In this document: one piece after another, positions 10,717-19,208 of the stretch
Layout: each line of letters starts with the position of its first letter
Position numbering within the stretch: the first letter of the stretch is position 1
Source of the DNA: an uncultured Ponticaulis sp.
GTDB lineage: Bacteria; Pseudomonadota; Alphaproteobacteria; Caulobacterales; Hyphomonadaceae
Assembly (NCBI GenBank): GCA_964009795.1
Contig: CAXGHQ010000007.1
Coordinates: 81,553 to 145,552 of the forward strand
Length of the DNA: 64,000 nucleotides
Direction of reading: 5' to 3'
Notes under the pieces: model-generated
Told to the model about the DNA's origin: nothing
The model's database searches: none
The model's input: the letters and a program-made list of their open reading frames with translations, nothing else
Translations under genes and position numbers: made by a program

Positions 10717-12108
10717 ATGGATCGGGACCCGGAATCTGAACTCGCTGCAGAGCCTGAACTCACGGAAGATGAGATCGAGGCGGAGCAAGTCGCAGAACTT
10801 GAGGACGCAATTGACTCCGGCCGCCCTCAGGAAGTGCTGGATGTGCTGGAACAGCATCACCCGGCCGATGCGGCTGACCTTCTCGAAATCCTGCCGCGTA
10901 GCGCGATCACTGAAACGGCTGAATTGCTCGGTGACCGGTTCCCGACACCCGTCCTGCTGGAAATGCGGGACGAGTATCGTGAGCTGGTGGTCGAAAGCCT
11001 GCCGGATGAACACCTCGCCGAGGCCATCCACAATCTCGATTCTGATGACGCGGCGCTGCTGCTCGATGATCTGGAAGACGATCGTCAGGCCGTCATCCTT
11101 GAGAGCTTCAAGAAGGGCGAACGTGAAGAGCTTGAGCGCGTCATGGCGTTTGATGAGGAGTCCGCCGGACGCCTCATGCAGCGCGAATTTGTGGCTGCGC
11201 CGGAATTCTGGACGGTGGGCGAGGCCGTCGACCATGCCCGCGAACATGCCGAGGCTCTGCCGGACGTATTTTTCGAGATTTATGTGATTGATCCCGCTTT
11301 CCGCCTACTCGGCGCGGTCTCTCTTCACACCATTCTGCGAAACCAGCGCTCTGCGCCCCTGGGCGAAATCATGCAGCCTGTGCGGGCCGAGATCAGCCCG
11401 GATATGGACCAGGAGGATGTGGCCTATATCTTCCAGAAATACGACCTCACCTCGGCGCCGGTGGTCGATGAATCCGGGCGACTAACGGGTATGGTCACCA
11501 TCGATGACGTCGTCGACGTCATCCAGGAAGAGAACCGCGAAGACCTTTTCGCCTTGAGCGGGGTCTCCTCGGCGGATGCCTTCGATACTGTTCTGTCGAC
11601 CTTCCGGTCGCGTGCGCCATGGCTGGCGGTGAATGTGCTGACGGCTTTCGTGGCCTCTATTGTGATTTCCTTCTTTGCACAGACGATCGATCAGATCGTT
11701 GCTCTGGCAATTCTGATGCCTGTGGTGGTGGCGCTTGGCGGAAATGCCGGATCGCAAACACTGGCAGTCTCTGTGCGGGCTCTTGCTGAACGCGAACTCT
11801 CAGGCTCGACAACGCGCCGCGCGATTTTCCGCGAAGGCATGTCGGCGCTGCTCAATGGACTGGTGTTTTCGATTGCTGTCTCATTGATCGCTTATTTCTG
11901 GTTTCGTGATGTGAAACTGTCCGTCGTGATTGCAATTGCAATGTTGGCGACATTTCTTTGGGCAGGATTGTCCGGAATCATCATACCACTGACCCTGAAA
12001 CGCTTGGGGGCCGACCCCGCTGTCGCCAGCTCTGTTTTTCTGCTGACAACTGTGGATATTATCGGCTTTCTCAGTTTTCTCGGTCTGGCGACTGTTTTTC
12101 TACTCTGA
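10717..12108 (+). CDS. mgtE: Magnesium transporter MgtE
   Basis: MgtE_N, CBS pair (SAGRLM, APVVD..GRLTGMVTIDD), TM domain GGNAGSQT and DPAVASS; start placed at 10717. Confidence 0.95.
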   Translation: MDRDPESELAAEPELTEDEIEAEQVAELEDAIDSGRPQEVLDVLEQHHPADAADLLEILPRSAITETAELLGDRFPTPVLLEMRDEYRELVVESLPDEHLAEAIHNLDSDDAALLLDDLEDDRQAVILESFKKGEREELERVMAFDEESAGRLMQREFVAAPEFWTVGEAVDHAREHAEALPDVFFEIYVIDPAFRLLGAVSLHTILRNQRSAPLGEIMQPVRAEISPDMDQEDVAYIFQKYDLTSAPVVDESGRLTGMVTIDDVVDVIQEENREDLFALSGVSSADAFDTVLSTFRSRAPWLAVNVLTAFVASIVISFFAQTIDQIVALAILMPVVVALGGNAGSQTLAVSVRALAERELSGSTTRRAIFREGMSALLNGLVFSIAVSLIAYFWFRDVKLSVVIAIAMLATFLWAGLSGIIIPLTLKRLGADPAVASSVFLLTTVDIIGFLSFLGLATVFLL

Positions 12109-12126
12109 AGACAGTGCCAGCTCTGC

Positions 12127-12143
12127 AAGGTGCTCAACTTGCA
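12127..12143 (+). promoter_or_regulatory. Candidate sigma-54 (-24/-12) promoter of spmX
   Basis: AAGGTGCTCAACTTGCA has GG-N10-GC with TTGCA at -12, about 47 nt upstream of the start; Caulobacter spmX is sigma54/TacA dependent. Confidence 0.6.
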
Positions 12144-12189
12144 TGTCAGGCAACAGAATGTGCCGAAGTGTGCCAGAAAGAAGCAGGAT

Positions 12190-13932
12190 ATGGGTCATTA
12201 TAACCGTATTTCTAAAACCGGCCTGAACCTCATCAAGGGTTTTGAAGGTCTGCGTCGACGCTCCGAAGCACTCGCTGGCGGGGGGTGGATTGTTGGTTAT
12301 GGTCACACGCGTTCGGCGCGTGAGGGCGTCGAAGTCAGCGAACGGGAAGCCGAATATCTGCTGCGTTATGACCTCCAGGATGTCGAGAAAATGGTCTCTG
12401 AAGCGGTTCATGCTCCGCTGAACCAGAATGAGTTCGATGCCCTTGTCTCCTTCGCCTGGAATGTCGGGCGCCAGAATTTTCATGCCAGCGATGTTCTGAA
12501 ATATGTCAATGCCGGTGAAATGCTGGCCGCAGCTGAGAGCTTTAACGCCTGGCGCAAAGCGCGTGTGGATGGTCGTCTGATCGTCGTTGATGCTTTGGTG
12601 CGTCGCCGGGCGGCCGAGAAGCATATGTTTTTGTCACACCCGTCTGGCGCGCCAAGCGCACCCAGCCAGATTGTCCGACCGGAGCTGGATGTGGCGGCCT
12701 CAGTTTTGGCACTGTCGGATGGGGCTTTGTCGATTGAGACGAAGATCAACGAAGATGGAACGGTTCACAAAACCATTCGCGAAGAGGCGCGAGACGCCTC
12801 TGAGGCCAATGATGAATTCCTGAAAGCGGCGAACAGCAATGAGGGCCGGACCGTGGCGCTTAGCACCACGCATGATGAAGTTCTGACAGAGGAATTGGTC
12901 GAGCAGGAAGCAGATTTTTTTGTCGCGTCGGAAGACCCCGAAGAAGAACCATCTGAAACTGAAGGCCTGTCGGTCTGGGATGCCAGCGACGCCGACGATT
13001 ATGACGATCTTGACGAGGCTGAACTCGACGAAGATGAGGATGAAGACGAGCTGGACGATGGCCTTCTCGCTGCGGCAATTGCTGCATCCAATCTGTCGCG
13101 CGTCGACGACGAAGCGACGGACGCTGAAGATGATGGCTCCGACGACCTGACGCCTGCGGACACCGAAGACGCGGTGTCCGAAGACGTGCCTCATGACGTG
13201 TCCGAGGACGACGATGCGGTCGAAGAAGAGACTGCTGAAGACGAAGCCGTCGCTGAAGTCTTTCAGTCTGATGAAAGCGACGAAGATGAAAACCTGACAG
13301 ACATCGTCGAAACTGACGACGAAGACGATGAACTGGTTTCGGACTTTGCTGACCCTGAGAATGGCTTCCACGACGTCGTTGATGACGAAGACGACAACAC
13401 AGAAACGCTCCTTGACGCGTATGATGACGAAGCGAAATCTGCCGAAATCAGCGGGTTGACCATCGACACCACACCAGACGTTTCTGAAGACGACACCAAC
13501 GATGACACCGAAGACGATGTCGGCGAAATCTGGAAGGAAGACGCTGAAGAGACTTTGGTTGTTGTCGAGAGCGAAGATGCGCCGGCTCGCCCGAAGCCAA
13601 TCTGTATTGTCGATCCGTCTGTCGCGGACAGCTTTCCTGACGAGATGACAGATCAGTACGCAGACGAGCAGGAGACATTTAATCCGGTCGCTGGCGGGCG
13701 TCGCGGCGTGGGTGAATTGCTCATTGGTCTTTTGCCATTCCTGATCCTTGCCGTGCTCGGCGCTGCCATGTGTGTTTTCGGCATTATGGATTGGTGGTCG
13801 GTCGTGAAATCTGAAACACCGGTCGAGCAGAGCGAATTCTATGCCGGCCCGTTCTTCACGCTGATTGGCGGTCTTGGCTTTGCGTTTGGTGGATATTTCT
13901 TCCTGCGCAAACTGGTCGGCGTTGAAGACTGA
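12190..13932 (+). CDS. spmX: Polar landmark SpmX (phage-type GH24 muramidase domain, very long acidic linker, 2 C-terminal TMs)
   Basis: LIKGFEGLR...GYGHT...LLRYDL...PLNQNEFDALVSFAWNVG...LVRRRAAE, D/E-rich middle, two hydrophobic helices at the C-end. Confidence 0.88.
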   Translation: MGHYNRISKTGLNLIKGFEGLRRRSEALAGGGWIVGYGHTRSAREGVEVSEREAEYLLRYDLQDVEKMVSEAVHAPLNQNEFDALVSFAWNVGRQNFHASDVLKYVNAGEMLAAAESFNAWRKARVDGRLIVVDALVRRRAAEKHMFLSHPSGAPSAPSQIVRPELDVAASVLALSDGALSIETKINEDGTVHKTIREEARDASEANDEFLKAANSNEGRTVALSTTHDEVLTEELVEQEADFFVASEDPEEEPSETEGLSVWDASDADDYDDLDEAELDEDEDEDELDDGLLAAAIAASNLSRVDDEATDAEDDGSDDLTPADTEDAVSEDVPHDVSEDDDAVEEETAEDEAVAEVFQSDESDEDENLTDIVETDDEDDELVSDFADPENGFHDVVDDEDDNTETLLDAYDDEAKSAEISGLTIDTTPDVSEDDTNDDTEDDVGEIWKEDAEETLVVVESEDAPARPKPICIVDPSVADSFPDEMTDQYADEQETFNPVAGGRRGVGELLIGLLPFLILAVLGAAMCVFGIMDWWSVVKSETPVEQSEFYAGPFFTLIGGLGFAFGGYFFLRKLVGVED

Positions 13933-14041
13933 TCGCCCCTCCCGGCCGATAAGTCCTTTCGGCCGGACGCTCTCCCAAAAGCTTGTCACATCACAGATAC
14001 TGAGCTCTGATAGCCTTCACCAGGCGCATATGGGAGGCAAA

Positions 14042-14710
14042 ATGAAACATCAGACCATCATTCTGGCAGTACTGATGATGGCCGCCTGCTCACAGGATGC
14101 GCCGCCCGCTCAGGAACTGCCTACACCTGAAGCCAGCGCCACTTCCACTGCCCGGCCCGACATGATTCCAGACGCCCTTGTCGACACCGATCTGACAGCC
14201 CCGCAATCTGACTTTTCGGCCGACTTGCAACCCATGACCATGCAGGTCTTCCGGTCTGGCGAACTGCCGCAGGAAACAATCCAGGCGATGAATGATTGCA
14301 TAGAGGCGACACGAACATCAGGCGACACCGAAAAGATCTGCGTCGGGTTGATTATGGACACCTGTCCGGAAGACGCCTTCACCACGGCCGATATGGTTGC
14401 CTGTGTCGGCTATGAGTTCGACTATTGGACCGATCGCCTGGAGACGGCCGTGGACCGTTTGTCCGAACTCTATTCTGAAGATGATGACGAATTCGGAGAG
14501 GAGGGGGCCATTTCGGTTTCACTGACCGGCATGTTCACCGCCGCGCAGGAAGACTGGCATGAATTTCGTCGGTCAACTTGCCAGCTTGAAAGTATGCGCT
14601 TCCGAGGCGGAACCATGGGGCGGGTAACAGGCTCGACCTGCATGGTCGAGCTCACCGCGCATCAGGTGATCCATCTCGAAGATCAGATCCTGCTGTTTGA
14701 GGATTATTAG
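14042..14710 (+). CDS. LprI/DUF1311-family lipoprotein (putative lysozyme inhibitor family)
   Basis: Signal ending MMAAC; C..T..M..C....W...L and AQEDWHEFRRSTC...GGTM....C pattern typical of DUF1311. Confidence 0.72.
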   Translation: MKHQTIILAVLMMAACSQDAPPAQELPTPEASATSTARPDMIPDALVDTDLTAPQSDFSADLQPMTMQVFRSGELPQETIQAMNDCIEATRTSGDTEKICVGLIMDTCPEDAFTTADMVACVGYEFDYWTDRLETAVDRLSELYSEDDDEFGEEGAISVSLTGMFTAAQEDWHEFRRSTCQLESMRFRGGTMGRVTGSTCMVELTAHQVIHLEDQILLFEDY

Positions 14711-14711
14711 A

Positions 14712-16058
14712 TCAGTCTGGCATGTTGAGGAGCTGTAAAGGTATCTGAAACGCGGCACACAATCCCCCATGCCCCGACCGCGACAGCAGAATGTCGCCGC
14801 CATGGCTCCGGGCCACATCCCGCGCCAGGGCCAGACCTAACCCAACTCCTGTCCGGTTCTGGCTTCGCGCTTCGTCCAGCCGGACAAAGGGTTTGAACGC
14901 GTCTTCGATCCGGTCCTCCTCAATGCCAGGACCATCATCTTCGACCAGTACTGTGACGGCATCATTGGTATTGCTGACTGTCACAAAGACATGATCACCA
15001 TGATCGGCGGCATTGTTGATCAGGTTGGACAGGGCGCGCTTCACCGCCAATGGCCGCACACGCAGGCGGATGCCGGGAAGAGAGTTCACCGAAACATCGG
15101 CCTTCTCCGCAAAACTCAGCGCCACATCATGGGCGAGGACGCCAATGTCGGTTTCTTCATAATTCTCACCTTCCTGGCCTTTGGCAAAGGCGAGATACTC
15201 ATCGAGCATGGCCGACATATCGTCGAGGTCATCCTTTGCGGCATCCTTGTCCGGCGAGTCCGGCAAGAGAGCGAGCTGCAGTTTGAGGCGTGTCAGTGGC
15301 GTTCGCAAATCATGGCTGACCCCGGCCAGCATGGCTGTGCGCTGGTCGGCATAAGCAATAATGCGTTCCCGCATCTGGGAAATGGCGCGGGCAGCCTTAC
15401 GAACTTCAGTCGCCCCGGAAGGACGCAACTGGCCGATATCTTCGCCGCGCCCCCAGGCCTCCGCAGCTGCTGCAAGCTTCAATACGGAACGCACCTGATT
15501 GCGTAGAAACCCGATCGAAACCGCGATCAGCAAGAGCGAGAACAACAAAACCCAGACGATGAAATTATGCCCGGTGGTCGCAAACACGCGTTTGCGGTCG
15601 ACCAGAAATCGCAATTGCGGCGCGGCGGGGTGACCCGTCAGAACCCTGACCTCAACCTGATCGGGATTGGCGTCGGTATCGAACCAATAGTCTGTGCCCA
15701 TCAGGCTTGCGGCGAGTTCGTGATCAAGCACCCGGCTCCTCGAGGTCCGCCACCATCCGGGCGGCTCCTGAACCGGCATCTCGTCGGTCTCCAGGACTTC
15801 GACTTCCAGCCGCAGTGTCGTCGAGATCGCCGCGATCTGTTCTGGGGTCGGTGCCTCCATTGCCGGATCCTGAAACTTGCGGGCCACTTCGGCCACTTCG
15901 CCAGCCACCGATTGCGACAGTTTCCGATTGATCTCCGCGATGTGGGAGTCAAAGAAAAACCAGGTCATGGCGATCAGCAGCAGTACGAGCGGCAAGAGCA
16001 CGATCAGCAGGATGCGCGCGTAAAAGCCTCTTGGCGTGATGTCGCGAAACCTCAGCAT
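14712..16058 (-). CDS. EnvZ-like membrane sensor histidine kinase
   Basis: 2 TMs, HAMP, GVSHDLRTPL, NLINNA, DDGPG, GVGLGLA. Confidence 0.92.
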   Translation of the reverse strand: MLRFRDITPRGFYARILLIVLLPLVLLLIAMTWFFFDSHIAEINRKLSQSVAGEVAEVARKFQDPAMEAPTPEQIAAISTTLRLEVEVLETDEMPVQEPPGWWRTSRSRVLDHELAASLMGTDYWFDTDANPDQVEVRVLTGHPAAPQLRFLVDRKRVFATTGHNFIVWVLLFSLLLIAVSIGFLRNQVRSVLKLAAAAEAWGRGEDIGQLRPSGATEVRKAARAISQMRERIIAYADQRTAMLAGVSHDLRTPLTRLKLQLALLPDSPDKDAAKDDLDDMSAMLDEYLAFAKGQEGENYEETDIGVLAHDVALSFAEKADVSVNSLPGIRLRVRPLAVKRALSNLINNAADHGDHVFVTVSNTNDAVTVLVEDDGPGIEEDRIEDAFKPFVRLDEARSQNRTGVGLGLALARDVARSHGGDILLSRSGHGGLCAAFQIPLQLLNMPD

Positions 16059-16060
16059 GA

Positions 16061-16744
16061 TCAGGCGTCCGGCATCAGCCTGTATCCAATCCCGCGAACG
16101 GTCTGGATATGGATGGGCTCTTTCGGGTCTGGCTCAATCTTCCGTCTCAGACGCGTAATCTGAACGTCCACGGATCGGTCAGCCACGGCGGTACTGGCCG
16201 TGGCCAGCGCTTCTCGGCTGACAGGTTCGCCGGCATTCTGCGCGAGCAGTTTGAGCAATTGCGTTTCGCCATCGGTCAGCCGGACATGCCGGTCGCCATC
16301 CTTCAGCTCCTCGCGGGCGATATTGAAGATCAGGCCGGACATTTCGACCTCTTCGAGCGGCTCTTCCACAACGACCCGCCGTAAGATCGCGTCGATCCGC
16401 AGTGCGAGTTCCTCTGGCTCGAAGGGTTTGGGCACATAATCATCCGCGCCGAGTTTCAATCCTTCTATCCGGTCTGAGCTTTCTCCTCGGGCGGTCAGCA
16501 GAATGACCGGCGTTACACGGTCGGTTTTGCGCAAATCTTCAAGAAGTTCAAAGCCAGTCAGGCCCGGCATCATGACATCCAGAATGATCAGGTCGAATGC
16601 CAGCTGATCCAGCAGTTTCCTGGCGGCCAAGCCGTCAACAGCCACGGTCACGTGATAGCCGAGCCCGGACAGATAACGACGCGTCAGGTCGCGAATGCGA
16701 TCATCATCGTCAACAACAAGCAAATGGTTCGGTGCGCGGGTCAT
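16061..16744 (-). CDS. OmpR-family response regulator (PetR-like)
   Basis: REC DLIILDVMMPG; winged helix RSVDVQITRLRRKIE..IQTVRGIGY. Confidence 0.93.
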   Translation of the reverse strand: MTRAPNHLLVVDDDDRIRDLTRRYLSGLGYHVTVAVDGLAARKLLDQLAFDLIILDVMMPGLTGFELLEDLRKTDRVTPVILLTARGESSDRIEGLKLGADDYVPKPFEPEELALRIDAILRRVVVEEPLEEVEMSGLIFNIAREELKDGDRHVRLTDGETQLLKLLAQNAGEPVSREALATASTAVADRSVDVQITRLRRKIEPDPKEPIHIQTVRGIGYRLMPDA

Positions 16745-17241
16745 GAGGATTCGATATCTGCACTGAGTTCACTGACACCGCCAAGCAATTCCATGGCGCC
16801 CGTCACCGACGGCTCACCTGCCTGACGATAAATATGAGTCATATCCTTACGGATTGTCGCCAGCATTCCATCAACAAAATTTATTCCACTTTCTGACAGC
16901 CGCAGCGCTTTGCGGCGTCCGTCGCGTTCCGCCTTTGGACGCACAATCCAGCCATCCTTTTCCAGTTTGGCCAGAAGGCGCGCAATTGTCGGTGTGGTGC
17001 CGCCAACGCGTTGACGCAATTGTGCGACGTCCAGACCCGGATCATGCGCAATTTCCATCAGAATATCGAATTCAAGCGCGGAGAGTTCAGTTTCTCCTGC
17101 AGCATGTCGCAGCAGCACAGACACACGTTTGGCTGCTGCCAAAAGGGTCAGCGTTCCCCGGTCCAGATTTTCCTCGGTCAGGAATAACCTGCCGTCCGGG
17201 CGCTCAGCTCGTGATTTTCCGGGTGGGGAATTCATACTCAT
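16741..17241 (-). CDS. MarR-family regulator (PetP-like)
   Basis: IARLLAKLEKDGWIVR..ERDGRRKALRLS winged helix; overlaps the downstream regulator start. Confidence 0.85.
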   Translation of the reverse strand: MSMNSPPGKSRAERPDGRLFLTEENLDRGTLTLLAAAKRVSVLLRHAAGETELSALEFDILMEIAHDPGLDVAQLRQRVGGTTPTIARLLAKLEKDGWIVRPKAERDGRRKALRLSESGINFVDGMLATIRKDMTHIYRQAGEPSVTGAMELLGGVSELSADIESS

Positions 17242-17375
17242 GCTGCCAGTTTGACACGAATTTGTTGTGCCCTGCCAGCTTGAAATCCATTGCCAAGCGG
17301 TCTTGAAACGCTATCAACAATGTTCGAACACTTTCGAACACATCGAATTTACCCAGACTTTATGAAAGCAGACCC

Positions 17376-18260
17376 ATGGCAACGCCAATCGTTCCTTTTG
17401 ATGACCGTGACGGATTTATCTGGATGGATGGCGAGTTCGTGCCCTGGCGGGAGACGAAAGTTCACCTGCTGACGCATGCACTCCACTATGGCTCTGCCGT
17501 ATTTGAGGGTGAGCGCAGCTATGACGGCAATGTGTTCGAATCCCTGCGTCACACACAGCGCCTGCACAAATCGGCGCAGATTCTCGATTTCGATATCCCG
17601 TTCAGTGTTGAGCAGATCGAAGATGCGAAAGCCGAGGCGCTGGCAAAATCAGGTCTTGAGAGCGCCTATGTGCGTCCGATCGCATGGCGCGGCTCCGAGA
17701 TGATGGGCGTGTCAGCGCAGAGCAACACCATTCACCTCGCCATCGCGGTCTGGTCCTGGGGTGATTACTTCCAGGACAAGATGAAGGGCATCAAGATGAC
17801 CCATGCGAAATGGCGTCGTCCTGATCCGGCAACCGCACCGTGCGAAGCCAAAGCGGCTGGCCTCTACATGATCTGCACCATGTCCAAACATGCAGCAGAG
17901 AAAGAAGGCTATGCCGACGCCCTGATGCTCGACTGGCGCGGGCAGGTGGCAGAGGCCACAGGCGCGAACATCTTTTTCATTCGTGATGGCGCGATCCACA
18001 CGCCAACGCCGGATTGCTTCCTGAATGGCATCACCCGCCAGACGGCGATCAAGCTTGCGAAATCCCGCCAGATTGAAGTGGTTGAGCGCGCCATCTTCCC
18101 GGATGAGCTGGGCACGTTCTCAGAATGCTTCATCACGGGCACGGCCGCCGAGATCACACCGGTCGCGGAGATCGGCGATGTGAAATACACACCGGGTGAA
18201 ATCACTGGCAATCTGGTCGACGATTATGACAAGCTCGTCCGTGGGAAGCTGACGCTTTAA
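17376..18260 (+). CDS. ilvE: Branched-chain amino acid aminotransferase
   Basis: ALHYGSAVFEG, AKAAGLY (PLP Lys), EATGANIF, LNGITR, GTAAEITPV. Confidence 0.93.
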   Translation: MATPIVPFDDRDGFIWMDGEFVPWRETKVHLLTHALHYGSAVFEGERSYDGNVFESLRHTQRLHKSAQILDFDIPFSVEQIEDAKAEALAKSGLESAYVRPIAWRGSEMMGVSAQSNTIHLAIAVWSWGDYFQDKMKGIKMTHAKWRRPDPATAPCEAKAAGLYMICTMSKHAAEKEGYADALMLDWRGQVAEATGANIFFIRDGAIHTPTPDCFLNGITRQTAIKLAKSRQIEVVERAIFPDELGTFSECFITGTAAEITPVAEIGDVKYTPGEITGNLVDDYDKLVRGKLTL

Positions 18261-18293
18261 AGTTAGCTCCAAGAGGCTTCCAGCTTTCACAAT

Positions 18294-18360
18294 TGTCATC
18301 CCCGACTTGATCGTGGACCCAGAAAACAGCTTTAGATTTCAGTATCGTTGGATCCCGGAT
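18294..18360. repeat. REP/RPE-like palindromic element with truncated right arm
   Basis: tgtcatccccgacttgatcgtggaccca ... tggatcccggat resembles the alphaproteobacterial GTCATCCCGGACTTGATCCGGGATC element; the right arm breaks off at ccggat. Confidence 0.6.
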
Positions 18361-18412
18361 ATGGCCCATCCTTAAACACCCGGCCATGATAGCCTTTGAC
18401 ATCAACAGCGCG
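18355..18412. repeat. Relic copy of the 3' end of the downstream epimerase gene
   Basis: 55/58 identical to 20461-20518. Confidence 0.92.
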
Positions 18413-18415
18413 GAC

Positions 18416-18475
18416 GAAATCACTGGCAATCTGGTCGACGATTACGACAAGCTCGTCCGTGGGAAGCTCACGCTT
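18416..18475 (+). repeat. Relic copy of the last 60 nt of ilvE
   Basis: 58/60 identical to 18198-18257; both differences are synonymous (TAT/TAC, CTG/CTC). Confidence 0.93.
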
Positions 18476-18632
18476 GATAGGCTGCTCATTTCTAATCTGA
18501 CGCTCGATTATATCGAATACGGCATCAGAAAGTTATTGTGATAGTTTATTCGATATAGTATCGTCGGCATTTGCAATTTATTGATATCTTATTATATACC
18601 ATAGTCAAAATTAATATCTAAAAAGACATCAA

Positions 18633-19208
18633 ATGAGTTATGAAGTCAGCGAAATCACAGCAGCGCTAAAACTGGAACGAGAAGCGCGCGGGTTCACGCA
18701 GCGTGAGCTGAGTGAAAGGTCGGGCGTGCCGCAGGCGCAGATTTCCAAATTGGAAAACGGGCAAGCCGATATTCGTATCAGTACGCTTGTATCGCTCTCG
18801 CGGGCGCTTGGGCTGGAGATTGAACTCGTTCCGCGTAAGCATGTGCCTGCTGTTCAAGCGATTACTCGATCTAACAGGCCAGCTGCGGGCCAGAGGCGAT
18901 ATTCACGGAAGAGCGAAGAATTGGCCGCAGCCGTTCAAGCGAGCCAATTTGCGCATACGACAAGTGCAGCGGAAGCGGCGATAGACAGCCGGTCAGAATT
19001 GGCAAGAAGCGCACTGGAAGCGGCGGCGGGTGCGGCCAGCATTTCGGCATTGGAGACCAGCGCACTGGAAGCGGCGGCGGGTGCGGCCAGCATTTCGGCA
19101 TTGGAGACCAGCGCACTGGAAGCGGCGGCGGGTGCGGCCAGCATTTCGGCATTGGAATACGTTCCTACGAAACCTGCTTATGCCCTGACGGATGATGACG
19201 ATGAGTGA
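18633..19208 (+). CDS. hipB: HipB-like XRE antitoxin with repeat-expanded C-terminal tail
   Basis: HTH LKLEREARGFTQRELSERSGVPQAQISKLENG; ends PAYALTDDDDE; stop overlaps the hipA start. Confidence 0.8.
   Translation: MSYEVSEITAALKLEREARGFTQRELSERSGVPQAQISKLENGQADIRISTLVSLSRALGLEIELVPRKHVPAVQAITRSNRPAAGQRRYSRKSEELAAAVQASQFAHTTSAAEAAIDSRSELARSALEAAAGAASISALETSALEAAAGAASISALETSALEAAAGAASISALEYVPTKPAYALTDDDDE
19008..19156 (+). repeat. In-frame tandem repeat, 3 x 51 bp (SALEAAAGAASISALET)
   Basis: Identical units start at 19008, 19059 and 19110 (third one 47 nt). Confidence 0.97.

Noticed and set aside
12190-12700. Lysozyme domain as evidence of a prophage lysis cassette
   Set aside because: The architecture (muramidase, acidic linker, 2 TM) is SpmX, and no holin or other phage genes are nearby.
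12700-13989. 429-aa minus-strand ORF
   Set aside because: Antisense shadow of the low-complexity spmX linker with no recognisable motifs.
17321-17339. GAAC...GAAC upstream of ilvE as a LexA box
   Set aside because: The spacer is 6 nt, not 7. It is more likely a TGTTCGAACA palindrome for the adjacent MarR/OmpR regulators or a chance match.
19008-19156. 51-bp repeats as a possible CRISPR array or MITE
   Set aside because: They are head-to-tail with no spacers and in frame within hipB.
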